Shown piece after piece: positions 1 through 9,153 of a stretch of DNA of 64,000 bases. How positions within the stretch are numbered: the stretch's first letter is position 1; each line of letters opens with the position of its first letter. The notes under the pieces were generated by a model. The model saw nothing but the letters and a program-made list of their open reading frames with translations, made no database searches and had not been told where the DNA came from. Source of the DNA: an uncultured Methylomirabilota bacterium (GTDB lineage: Bacteria; Methylomirabilota; Methylomirabilia; Methylomirabilales; 2-02-FULL-66-22); NCBI GenBank assembly GCA_963695995.1, contig CAVOIV010000029.1, positions 19-64,018 on the forward strand, read 5' to 3'. The position numbers and the translations under genes are program-made.

Positions 1-696
1 AGGTGGGTTGAAGTCCCACTCGGCCCGAGGCCCCGGGCCGATATCCGAAGGTGGGGGTAATGCCTCACCGGCCAGAGAAGATGGAAGGTATGGAGAGGCT
101 AATGAGGCACCACGGCGAAAGCCGGGAAACAGATAGGCCGACCTGGAGCCACCATCGACGATTCTTTGGAGGGCAGGGCGTCTACCGCGAGGTGGAGTCT
201 GAAAGGCTTGAGGAGAACCACCGGGTCGTAATCAACGGGAGCTATCCCGACAGATGAACCGGTCGGCCAAAGACGGAGCGAGGTCGAGCCCGCAGTATGG
301 GGGCGAAGGCATTTGGGTTCCACTCCGTCGCACCAAGGTGTGTGCGGGCGACACGGTGGGGAAGATGCGTCGATGACTCAGGGAGGCCTGGTATCGTCCG
401 GCGGAGAGGTATGGCTGGAATAGTGCGACACTCGCAGACGAAAGGGCGAGCAACGGAGAAAGCAAAGCCCAGCCTGAAGCCATCCGACGGTAGGCGCGGA
501 TATAAGCGCGAGCGAAATTCCGGCCGAGGCGGTGCCAGGAGTTGGATCGGGGCGCGGTACTCTTGAACGAGATCAGAGCAAAAGGTCTCGGATCGTCATC
601 GTTGAATGGCGACGCCGGACGGACCCAAAAGGCCGTGCGGAGGGGGAAGGCCCCGTACTGTGGGACAGAGCCGAATGACGAGGAACGGGCGAGTAC

Positions 697-2082
697 ATGA
701 CGGAAGTGCGGATAAGTTCGCGTTGCGAAAGACCCTGCGCCGGCATCGAGGATACCCCGGAGGCGTCGATTGGCACTGGAGGACGAGGACACCAGAGGCA
801 CAGGAAAGTCCATTCGTTGATCGACAAGGTCTATGATCGGAGCAATCTGACCGAAGCCTGGAAGCATGTCAGGGAGAACAAGGGCAGTGCCGGTATTGAT
901 GGCCTGACGATTGCCGCGTTCACGGAACGAGAGGATGAACTGCTCGCAAGACTGCATGAGCAGTTGCGCGATCGCACCTATCGGCCGCGAGCGGTGAAGC
1001 GGGTCGCGATACCGAAGGCGGGGGGAGGAACCAGAAATTTAGGTATCCCCTCTGTCATCGATCGTGTGGTTCAGCAGGCCCTGGTACAGAAGATGACATC
1101 CATCTTCGAACCGTTGTTTGCGGACTGCTCGTTCGGATATCGCCCCGGCCGGTCGCCGCATATGGCGATGCGGAAGGTGTGGCGTGAGATCAACGAGGGC
1201 AACCTGTGGATCTTAGACGCCGACTTGCGATCCTATTTTGACAAAATCGACCAGGAGCGATTGGTTGATCTGATCGCCAAGGAAATCAGCGACGGACGAG
1301 TTCTGCAACTGATCCGTAGTTTTCTCGAAGCCGGAGTGATTGTTGACGGCGCGTGGGAGCCGACCAAGACCGGCGTTCCGCAAGGCGGAGTTGCCAGTCC
1401 GTTGTGGTCGAACATCTATCTCACGCCGTTTGATCACGCGATGACCGAAGCCGGCTATCGGCTGACGCGCTGGGCGGACGACTTCGTCGTCGTTTGTCGC
1501 ACGCGTCAAGAAGCCGAGGCCGCGCTGGCGACGGCGCGCGCGTTCCTGCACGAGAGGCTCGGTGTCAGTCTGCATCCGGAAAAGACCCGCATCGTGCACA
1601 TCACGAACGGGTTTGAGTTTCTCGGCTACAAGATCAAACGGGGCAAAGGGCTCAAGCTGCCCGCACACAAGCGCACAGCTCGAACCAATCCGATGGGTCT
1701 TTATGCCGTTCCGAGGCAAAAATCGGTGGATCGGTTCAAGGATCAAATCCGCGGTCTGACTCGCCGAAATGCTCCGGTCCGGCTTCGCGAGGTGATCGAG
1801 GCGATCAACCCGGTCATCCGCGGCTGGGGGAACTATTACCGGAAGGCGCACGTACGAAAACTGTTCCATCGAATGGATGGTTGGATTGAACGTCGGCTAC
1901 GCTCATTCCTCGCCAAGAAATGGCGAAACACGGTGTGGCGACGATATCCGCTTCCACGGCTGGTGCAGGAGTTCGGACTTGTGCGGCTGATCTACCTCGT
2001 GCCCGGCATCAATCCGTCTTCGACGCCGCAATGGCGTCCGCACAGGAAAGCGGCTTGCGGGAAAACTGCACGAGCCGTTTGA
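697..2082 (+). CDS. Group II intron reverse transcriptase/maturase (no endonuclease domain evident)
   Basis: 461-aa ORF with RT motifs NKGSAGIDG, GIPSVIDRVVQQAL, GYRPGRS, LDADLRSYFDKI, GVPQGGVASPLWSNIYL and RWADDFVVV. The maturase X domain reads INPVIRGWGNYYR. The true start may be an internal TTG near 814. Confidence 0.9.
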   Translation: MTEVRISSRCERPCAGIEDTPEASIGTGGRGHQRHRKVHSLIDKVYDRSNLTEAWKHVRENKGSAGIDGLTIAAFTEREDELLARLHEQLRDRTYRPRAVKRVAIPKAGGGTRNLGIPSVIDRVVQQALVQKMTSIFEPLFADCSFGYRPGRSPHMAMRKVWREINEGNLWILDADLRSYFDKIDQERLVDLIAKEISDGRVLQLIRSFLEAGVIVDGAWEPTKTGVPQGGVASPLWSNIYLTPFDHAMTEAGYRLTRWADDFVVVCRTRQEAEAALATARAFLHERLGVSLHPEKTRIVHITNGFEFLGYKIKRGKGLKLPAHKRTARTNPMGLYAVPRQKSVDRFKDQIRGLTRRNAPVRLREVIEAINPVIRGWGNYYRKAHVRKLFHRMDGWIERRLRSFLAKKWRNTVWRRYPLPRLVQEFGLVRLIYLVPGINPSSTPQWRPHRKAACGKTARAV

Positions 2083-2255
2083 GCGAGCGGGCGGAGGCAG
2101 GGCGAAAGCTCCACCTCTCCCGACTCTACAGTGATGAAGGCCCTGTAATGGGGGTGGAGCGAAGGGAGCAGGCCATCGCAGTTGCGTTGGGCCAACCGGC
2201 AACGGGAGGAGCCTGACAATGCAACGGAAGGTGAGATGCCTTCTTGCGATGGCAC

Positions 2256-2287
2256 GAGCCGGAAGGCGAGAGTATCATATCCGGTTC
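2256..2287 (+). ncRNA. Group II intron domain V-like helix
   Basis: GAGCCGG...CCGGUUC closing helix with the AGC triad, about 170 nt after the maturase stop. The inner helix is not canonical as written, so there may be an indel here. Confidence 0.5.
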
Positions 2288-2322
2288 TGTGAGGGGCTCG
2301 GGGTGAAATTCCCCGGGTCTAC

Positions 2323-2406
2323 TCGGTCGCCGATCGAATGGCCCAGGACCTTCAACAAACCAATCTGTTCTCTTTCGTCATCTGACAAATGCGAATAGCC
2401 GCGCAT
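2323..2406 (-). pseudogene. IS30-family transposase, N-terminal HTH stub interrupted by the group II intron
   Basis: MRGYSHLSDDEREQIGLLKVLGHSIGDR matches the IS30-type N-terminal HTH pattern. The frame runs straight into the intron 3' end at 2322 and continues as nonsense. Confidence 0.45.
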
Positions 2407-2490
2407 GGCAACACTCCCTGAGGTCTCGATCCTGCCGATACCAAATCGGCGGGGGTGTTGCACCTCGCGTCGGAACTCAGGCTCTCGAGC

Positions 2491-2841
2491 TCACGCGATA
2501 TCCCGTTCAACCGGCTGGTGCTGAGTCAGGCGAATGTCCGCCGCATCAAGGCGGGCGTATCGATCGAGGAGCTCGCCGAGGCCATCGCCCGGCGGACGCT
2601 TCTGCAGATGGCAGGCCCGTTTATCCCCGCATTCGCCGGATGACGCATAATATTGCTCCAGAGGACCGGCTTGCATTTGCCCGATCGGGCGCATGATCTC
2701 GGCGGCGCCGAAGCCATCGGCGGTGGCGAGAATGATATTGGCGCGCCAGACATGCTTCTGCGGCGCGCTCCGATCCGCAACGATTGCTTCGAGCCGACGA
2801 CGATCGTCGCGGGTAACGTTGACCGCAATTCCTCCTCTCAT
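2491..2841 (-). pseudogene. IS630-family transposase, N-terminal fragment (degenerate)
   Basis: RRRLEAIVADRSAPQKHVWRANIILATADGFGAAEIMR is the typical IS630 HTH start. The expected next motif (GKxKPxxWRW) appears only in another frame (SGKCKPVLWSN), and there is no DDE domain. Confidence 0.6.
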
Positions 2842-3079
2842 CTTGAGAGTTTGCTGCTTCGAGCGTTCTGGGAATCCTCAGAATGCGGCAGACCACTAGA
2901 AAATTCCTCGTCCGGAAAAGCTTATCATTCGTTCGGTCGACACTTGGCGGCGCGCAGTCACTGAAGTCAAAGCGGGAGTTTGTTGGAAGGTCTTGAATTG
3001 ATTATATTGCTCACTCAATCAACATGCTGCCCACCTTGCAGAGCGCGCGTCGTGGCGAGCAATCTTTCGGGGAGAAATC

Positions 3080-3841
3080 ATGAGCGCAAACCGAGCCAAC
3101 GCCGCAAAATCGAAGTTGAATCGCAAGACCTACGAAAAGGAGCTGCGCAAGCTGCAAGTCCAGCTCTGTCGGCTGCAGGACTGGGTGAAGCACAAAGGAT
3201 TGCGCGTCATCATCGTGTTCGAGGGGCGCGATGCGGCCGGTAAGGGTGGCACCATCAAGGCGATCACCGAGCGGGTGAGCCCGCGCGTGTTTCGCGTTGT
3301 CGCACTGCCGGCACCCTCGGATCGAGAAAAGACGCAGATGTACTTTCAGCGCTACATCCCGCACTTTCCCGCCGCCGGCGAGGTCGTCATCTTCGATCGC
3401 AGCTGGTACAACCGGGCCGGGGTCGAGTACGTGATGGGATTTTGCACCGAGGAGCAGCATCGGCAATTTTTAATTCTGTGCCCGGAAGTCGAGCAGTATA
3501 TCGTCGATGGCGGCATTGTGCTGATCAAGTTCTGGCTGGAGGTCGGCAAGGAAGAGCAGGAGCGACGTTTCTTGGCTCGCATTCACGATCCCTTGCGACA
3601 ATGGAAGCTCAGCCCAATGGATCTCGAATCGTACGGGCGATGGTACCAATACTCGAAGGCCCGCGACGTGATGCTAAAAGCGACGAATACCAAGTTTGCG
3701 CCCTGGCACATCGTGCGTTCGGACGACAAGCGCCGAGCCCGACTCAATTGCATTTCGCATATCCTGAAAACGATTCCGCAAGGCAAGGCGCCGCGGTCGA
3801 AAGTTAAACTGCCCAAGCGCTCGAATTCAGGGCAGATATGA
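3080..3841 (+). CDS. ppk2: Polyphosphate kinase 2 (PPK2)
   Basis: Intact 253-aa ORF with Walker A FEGRDAAGKGG and the motifs FDRSWYNR, KFWLEV and WKLSPMD. GC is lower than the flanks. Confidence 0.93.
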   Translation: MSANRANAAKSKLNRKTYEKELRKLQVQLCRLQDWVKHKGLRVIIVFEGRDAAGKGGTIKAITERVSPRVFRVVALPAPSDREKTQMYFQRYIPHFPAAGEVVIFDRSWYNRAGVEYVMGFCTEEQHRQFLILCPEVEQYIVDGGIVLIKFWLEVGKEEQERRFLARIHDPLRQWKLSPMDLESYGRWYQYSKARDVMLKATNTKFAPWHIVRSDDKRRARLNCISHILKTIPQGKAPRSKVKLPKRSNSGQI

Positions 3842-4250
3842 TGATCAAGCAAGTCTCAGGCAGCAGAATTTCGTTGGTGAGATTTTCTAATCTAACGCGC
3901 GCTACCGCAATTAGCTCGCGGCCGCGATGCTCGCCACCGTTTTTGTGGGGGCCCGCTGCTCGCCCACTGGACGCAGACCTTTATGGGCAGCGCGGTGGGC
4001 ATTCTCGTGTCAGTTTCTTCCCTATACTTCTGCTCGGCGCACTATTTGGCAAGCTGGACGAAAGCCGCTTGGTCTGGGCCATCGCCGACTTTTTGACCAA
4101 GCCGAGAACGCCTAGCTATCCTCGCTGACGAAAAAAAAGAAACCGGGATGTCGAGTAGCTCAGGTATCGATGTATCTCAGATCGGCACGACGATCGTGCG
4201 GCTAATAGCATCCCGATCTTGACCGAGGTTCGGATTCGATTGCCGTCAGC

Positions 4251-4739
4251 TCATGTCCGGACGCGGAAAGCCCATGTGATGAGTGCAATACCCTGAACGA
4301 GCAGGAGCACACCAAATACAAGCGGCACTGCCAACGCGGCTGCCACTGACGAGCTGAGCAATAGCAATCCGACTACGACATTGATCGACCCCAGTATAAA
4401 CGAACCTATTCCTCCGCCTGTGAAGCTGCCAATAATATCCGACACGCCCATGATCAATCCATCTACGCCAAGGATCCTGACGAGCACGGTAGGCGCCGTC
4501 ACCGCGGCGAGTAGCGGGTGTTTCAATACAAGGATCCCGGACGCCACTCCGACGACGCCAACGAGGAGCGACCAGATCCATGGGACGGCGCGATCCGTGA
4601 AGACGCGTACTAGCGCCAGCACTCCGGTGATCAGCCAGTAGAAACCTAGAAATGTTGTCAGTGCGACTAGAGTTGCGCCAGGCTGAGTGATGAGCATTGC
4701 GCCCAAAACAAGCCCAGCGGACCCTTGGAGTAGGAACAC
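4251..4739 (-). CDS. HdeD/DUF308-family membrane protein, apparently 5'-truncated (GTG start)
   Basis: Repeated glycine-rich TM segments (WWVFLLQGSAGLVLGAMLI, WIWSLLVGVVGVASGILVL, GSFILGSINVVVGLLLL). A TGA lies just upstream of the first TM in frame. Confidence 0.7.
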   Translation of the reverse strand: MFLLQGSAGLVLGAMLITQPGATLVALTTFLGFYWLITGVLALVRVFTDRAVPWIWSLLVGVVGVASGILVLKHPLLAAVTAPTVLVRILGVDGLIMGVSDIIGSFTGGGIGSFILGSINVVVGLLLLSSSVAAALAVPLVFGVLLLVQGIALITWAFRVRT

Positions 4740-5269
4740 CCACCAGATTGTTGCGGCTCATTCCACGTCCCTGACACGAGCAACCGGACCGTGCCAACGC
4801 GCGGCGGATTGGTCGGCAGCGTGACGTCGTCGCCGACCGACTTGCCCAGGAGGGCCTTGGCCACAGGCGTCCCCGGCGTCACCACGCGGACCGAGCGGTC
4901 GCTGCCCGCGACCGGAATCTCCATCCCCCCGCACACCGGGAGGACGAGATAGAACGCCTCCACGGCGCCATCCGACGCACCCACACCCACGAGGCATCCG
5001 AGGGCCACGCGCTGCGGGTTCTCCGGCAGACGCATCCCCCGCAGGGTGCGCAGCTCGTGCTCCCGCTCCTGGATGTTCAAGGCCAGGGCATTCGCCAGGT
5101 ACGCGGACTCCTGGCCGAAGACCTCCCGCTTGCTCTTCATGACGTGCGGCGTGCTCAGCACCGCGTCCCGCGCCGCCCCGTACCCCGCCCGCAGCTCCTC
5201 GAGCTTCGCCTCCACCTGGGCGATGAGCGTGGTCACAAGCTTCCGCTTGTCGAGTCCTGCATCCAGCAT
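4667..5269 (-). CDS. GreA/GreB C-terminal-domain protein (Rnk-like) with an aberrant 3' extension
   Basis: The C-terminal part RVALGCLVGV...VVTPGTPVAKALLGKSVGDDVTL fits the GreA_C fold motif. The last ~35 aa (from about 4775 down) run into lower-GC DNA and overlap the hdeD-like ORF. Confidence 0.55.
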   Translation of the reverse strand: MLDAGLDKRKLVTTLIAQVEAKLEELRAGYGAARDAVLSTPHVMKSKREVFGQESAYLANALALNIQEREHELRTLRGMRLPENPQRVALGCLVGVGASDGAVEAFYLVLPVCGGMEIPVAGSDRSVRVVTPGTPVAKALLGKSVGDDVTLPTNPPRVGTVRLLVSGTWNEPQQSGGCSYSKGPLGLFWAQCSSLSLAQL

Positions 5270-5765
5270 CTGCTATCCCGTGCCAGACCGGACAACCGAT
5301 CATGGTGTGAATCTGCCCGACCCGACCCGCAGCGCGAATCGGCAGACTATAGAGCCTCTCATCTAGATCGGCAAGTCCGGTCAGCCCTTGCTGGCGAACC
5401 GTGATCAGCGGCAACGATTCCGCAGTGATCATGGCTCCGTTCGCAAGACAGGACACGCCTGAAGATGCCCTTGACAATAGCCTGGAGTATCGGGTAGAGC
5501 CTCTTGGGTGAAAGGCGAACCTGCCGGGCGTACGCGCAGTGTATGAGCGCCACCGCCTTTGGCGGCGGTGTATGCCGCGGCCCCGATGTGTCCTTTTGGG
5601 GCCGGGTGCATCGGTCGGTGCGCGGCGGTGGATCTCCTCCCGAAAGGAGGTGCGTTCTCGAAGAGCGTTGCCTCATCGACGCTGCGGAACCAATGGCGGA
5701 TTGATTTCGGTGGCAAACGGGCAATGAGCCTTGGCGCACTGTAGACTGGTCACAGGAGGAATACG

Positions 5766-6806
5766 ATGACACGGCGATCCGTACTTTCGGTCGGTCTCAC
5801 CCTGACCATCTTGTTGGTCGGCACGATCCTCGCCCCCCGCGAGAGCGTCTCCGGTACAGCCAACTTCCCCAAGATGGATATCAAGCTGGCCCATGTGATC
5901 CCTGCCGAAACCTCCGTGAACAAGGGCGCACTGAAGTTCGCGGAACTGATGAAGGAGCGCACCGGCGGGGCCATTAATGTCCAGGTGTTCCCGAATGGCC
6001 AGTTGGGCAGCGAGAAGGACATCGTCGAGCAGGTGCGGAACGGCCTCATCCATATGGCCACCATCGGAGGGACGTTTCTGGCCAACATTGACGGATGGGG
6101 GGCCATGGGGGTGTTTGCCATGCCGTACATCCTCAAGGCGGCCACCGAAGAAGAGCAGCTGGCCGTCATGAATCGGCTGGCCCGGGGACCCATCATGCAG
6201 GAGGCCACGGCGAAGGCCCCGGCGATCAGCGGCCTGCGCGCGCTGGACACGAACTGGTTCTACGGAATGCGGCACCTGACCACCGGGAAGAAGCAGGTGA
6301 CCAAGGCGGACGATCTCAAGGGGATGAAGATCCGCACGCCGGATGCGCCTCTGGCGCGTCTCCCCATGGCCGCGCTCGGCGCCGCCGTGACGCCGTTGTC
6401 CATGCAGGAAGTCTACTCGGCGCTCCAGATGGGGGTCGTGGACGGGCAGGAGAACCCGATCAACACCATCTACACGGCGAAGCTCTACGAAGTCCAAAAG
6501 TACATCACCCTCACCGGCCACCAGACGCAGAACCTCTGCGCGATCATCAACGAGAAGTTCTACCAAAGCCTGTCGCCGGAGCTACGGGCGCTGTTCGAGA
6601 AGACGGCGATGGAGGCCGGGGATTTCCAGAGCAATCTCCAGATCAAGGTGAATAAGGAGAATCTGGAGGATATGAAGAAGAAGGGCGTGGTCGTAAACAC
6701 GGTGAACCGGCCCGAGTTTGCGGAGAAGACGAAGAACGCCTGGAAGGACTTCGAGGGGAAGCTCGGCAAGGGACTGTACGAGAAGATCCTCGCAGCGCAG
6801 AACTAG
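5766..6806 (+). CDS. dctP: TRAP transporter substrate-binding protein (DctP family)
   Basis: Intact 346-aa ORF with a signal peptide and the motifs NVQVFPNGQLGSEKDIVEQVRNG and MGVVDGQENP. RBS AGGAGG is upstream. Confidence 0.9.
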   Translation: MTRRSVLSVGLTLTILLVGTILAPRESVSGTANFPKMDIKLAHVIPAETSVNKGALKFAELMKERTGGAINVQVFPNGQLGSEKDIVEQVRNGLIHMATIGGTFLANIDGWGAMGVFAMPYILKAATEEEQLAVMNRLARGPIMQEATAKAPAISGLRALDTNWFYGMRHLTTGKKQVTKADDLKGMKIRTPDAPLARLPMAALGAAVTPLSMQEVYSALQMGVVDGQENPINTIYTAKLYEVQKYITLTGHQTQNLCAIINEKFYQSLSPELRALFEKTAMEAGDFQSNLQIKVNKENLEDMKKKGVVVNTVNRPEFAEKTKNAWKDFEGKLGKGLYEKILAAQN

Positions 6807-6907
6807 GATACTCGACACGCGCAGGTGGGAGGGGGAGTCCGCCTCCCATCTGCCGGCACCATCCGCCTACCACGGTGGGCCGTCCCGGTCCATTGGAGGG
6901 AATCTGC

Positions 6908-7385
6908 GTGAGAGCCCTACGCCTCCTGGTTTCCAACGGCGAGGAGATCGCCTCCGGGTCGCTCCTTCGTCCTCATGTCGCTCGCCACCTTCGGAAACGT
7001 TGTGGCGCGGTACTTCTTCAATAGCCCGATCGAGTGGGCTGAGGAATTCTCCCGCTACGCCTTCATCTGGATCGTCTTCCTGGGGGCTGCCGTGTGCACC
7101 AAGCATGGGCGTCACATCGTGATTGACGGCCTTGCGCTCGCCCTCCCCCCCGGGTGCAGGCCGGTCTGCGGTGGCTCGTGGACGTCCTCACCTTCGCACT
7201 GATGGTCGTGTTGGCGTACTACGGCTGGCTCCTGACGATCTTCACGACGCAGCCCACGTCGACCCTGTACGTGCCGATGTCGGTCGTCTACGTGGTCGTG
7301 CCCGTGTCCGCGCTCATCGCGCTACGCTCCCTGGGGAGCCTCGGACGGCGCATCCGCAGAGCCGCGGCAGGGAGGCGGGCGATGA
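6908..7385 (+). CDS. dctQ: TRAP small permease (DctQ), frame-disrupted (about 2 breaks)
   Basis: GTG start after GGAGGG. VRALRLLVSNGEEIASGSLL continues in phase 0 (MSLATFGNVVARYFFNSPIEWAEE) and then phase 2 (LRWLVDVLTFALMVVLAYYG). One break lies in the C7 run at 7145-7151. Confidence 0.75.
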
Positions 7386-8658
7386 TCACGCTGTTTCTCC
7401 TGATGCTGGCCCTCTTCGCCATCGCCATGCCCGTCGCCTGGTCCATGGCCATGGCCAGCACCGTCTACATGGTCCTCGGCCCGAAGATCCCCTTGCAGGC
7501 TGTCATACAGCGGATGATCGGCGGGATCGACACGTTCCCGCTGCTGGCGATCCCCTTCTTCATTCTGGCCGGCAACCTGATGAACACGGGAGGCGTCACC
7601 GACCGACTGGTGCGTTTCTCGAAGGCCCTGGTCGGCCACATCCGGGGCGGACTGGCGCACGTGGTCGTGGTCACCAACATGATCATGGCCGGCATGTCCG
7701 GTTCGGGGATCGCGGACGCGGCGGGCTCCGGAGCGGTGCTCATCCCCGCGATGCAGCGGGCGGGGTACGGCGTGCCCTTTGCGGCAGCCGTCGTCGCCGC
7801 GGCCGGCACCATCGGTCCCATCATCCCCCCCAGCATTCCCTTCGTCATTTACGGCTCCCTGGCGAATACCTCCATCGGACGGCTCCTCTTGGCCGGCGCG
7901 GTGCCCGGCGTCCTGATGGGTATCATGCTCATGGCGTACATCTGCGTGGTCGCCAGGCGGCGCGGTTATCCGGCCGAGATGCGCGCAAGCCGCCGCGAGC
8001 TTGCAGGCGGCGCTCCAGGCCATTCCGCCCATGGGGATGCCGATCATCATCCTGGGCGGCATCATCGTCGGCGTCATGACGCCGACGGAGGCGGCGGCGG
8101 CCGGCGCGACGTATGCCTTCGTGCTCGGCTTCTTCGTCTACGGCGAACTGCGGCTCCGCGACCTCCCCAAGATTCTGACCGAGTCGGTTGGGAACGGCCG
8201 CCGTCGCCATCATCATTTCGGCGGCCCAGCCGATGAGCTGGATTCTCACCTACGAGCAGGCGCCCATGAAGGTGCTCGCCCTCTTCCAGGACGCGCAGTT
8301 GTCGAAGGCGGTGCTGCTGCTGATCTTCAACGTGATTCTGCTGATGCTCGGCTGCTTCATGGAAGGGTTGGCGGTGATGGTGATGGCGGTCCCCGTGTTG
8401 ATGCCGCTCCTCCAGTCGGCCGGGATCGATCCGCTCCACTTCGGGGTGGTGTTCGTCCTCAACGCCATGATCGGCACCATCACCCCGCCCGTCGGCACCA
8501 TCATGTACGTGGTCTGCGCCTTGGGCAAGATCTCGATCGGGCAGTTCAGCCGGGAGGCCTGGCCGTTGATCGTCACCCTCATTCTCTGCCTGGGGATTGT
8601 GACCTACGTGCCGATTCTCTCGACGTGGCTTCCGGATCTCTTGATGCCGCTGCGCTGA
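7382..8658 (+). CDS. dctM: TRAP large permease (DctM), frame-disrupted (2 breaks near 7995 and 8195)
   Basis: MITLFLLMLALF...FPLLAIPFFILAGNLMN...HIRGGLAHV continues in two other phases (IPPMGMPIIILGG..., then TAAVAIIISAAQPMSW...ITPPVG). Confidence 0.85.
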
Positions 8659-8933
8659 GGCGCAAGGAATTTCGCTTTGCGTCGGCGTAGACACCGCATT
8701 CTCGCCCACGCGCGTGTCGTCTGCCCTCACCAGGCGGTCCCATGTGGCCGCACGCACGCCCTCGATACGCACCGTCCCAGCAACTCTCAGGATGGGCTGC
8801 CCAGAATCTCGCCGGCCGTGTGGCGCGAAGCGCGGCCCATGCCAGAGACGAGGCCTGACGACGGGCCTTCGTCGCCGCCCGAACGAGCCTCCAGTGGCCT
8901 CCAAGCGCCTATTGCACACCGGAGCTTTCTCGC

Positions 8934-8962
8934 TTGACACTCCTCGTCGCCGGTGTTAGCGT
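8934..8962 (+). promoter_or_regulatory. Candidate sigma70-type promoter upstream of the LIV operon
   Basis: TTGACA, 17 nt, TAGCGT, about 190 nt upstream of the binding-protein start. Confidence 0.25.
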
Positions 8963-9153
8963 CCCCGCCAGTTCTGATTTCCCCCGTATCGTCTCCCCCG
9001 GTTCGGCCCTGCCCTGGCCGATCGCGCTCCGTCGGCCGTGGCGCCGGCCGGTTGTCTAGCTTCCTAGTCTTGTTCTTGTCTATCCGGTTCCGGTGGGACG
9101 GCTTCGCCAGCGAATGGCCGGAGGGGCATGAGGCGGCATAGGAGGGTCATGCC

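Larger units (their letters stand above)
1..2322 (+). mobile_element. Group II intron (ribozyme plus intron-encoded RT/maturase); 5' boundary unresolved, at or upstream of the window edge
   Basis: About 700 nt of GNRA-loop-rich non-coding sequence (cgGCGAAAgccg, gcGAAAttc, tgcGAAAgac) precedes an RT/maturase ORF. Downstream of the ORF are a domain V-like helix at 2256-2287, a short domain VI-like hairpin, and an intron end ...GUCUAC at about 2322. After that point an interrupted IS30-like frame resumes on the opposite strand. Confidence 0.8.

Noticed and set aside
1-30. tRNA/tmRNA-like T-arm (GTGGG-TTGAAGT-CCCAC followed by TCGGCCC) at the window edge
   Set aside because: The loop lacks the invariant C56 (TTG instead of TTC), there is no CCA, and the sequence continues directly into intron-like structured RNA. 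It is more likely a domain I hairpin of the group II intron.
3838-4128. 96-aa ORF overlapping the ppk2 stop (ATGATGA)
   Set aside because: No recognisable motifs. The region reads equally well (or badly) in two phases and is probably the remnant of a membrane protein gene.
4150-4245. tRNA-like motifs (GTAGCTCAGG and GGTTCGGATTCGA) near the end of the lower-GC patch
   Set aside because: I could not fold a canonical acceptor, anticodon or T arm. There is only a 5-bp GCACG/CGTGC hairpin.
5506-5530. GGGTGAAAGGCGAACCTGCCGGG, reminiscent of the 5' part of a cobalamin riboswitch
   Set aside because: No B12 box or downstream conserved elements follow. The resemblance is limited to a few bases.
7340-7390. 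Apparent in-frame DctQ-DctM fusion (…RRIRRAAAGRRA-MITLF…)
   Set aside because: A TGA overlapping the dctM ATG (ATGA) is available in the adjacent phase, and dctQ already contains frame breaks. Separate genes with a phase error are more likely than a true fusion.
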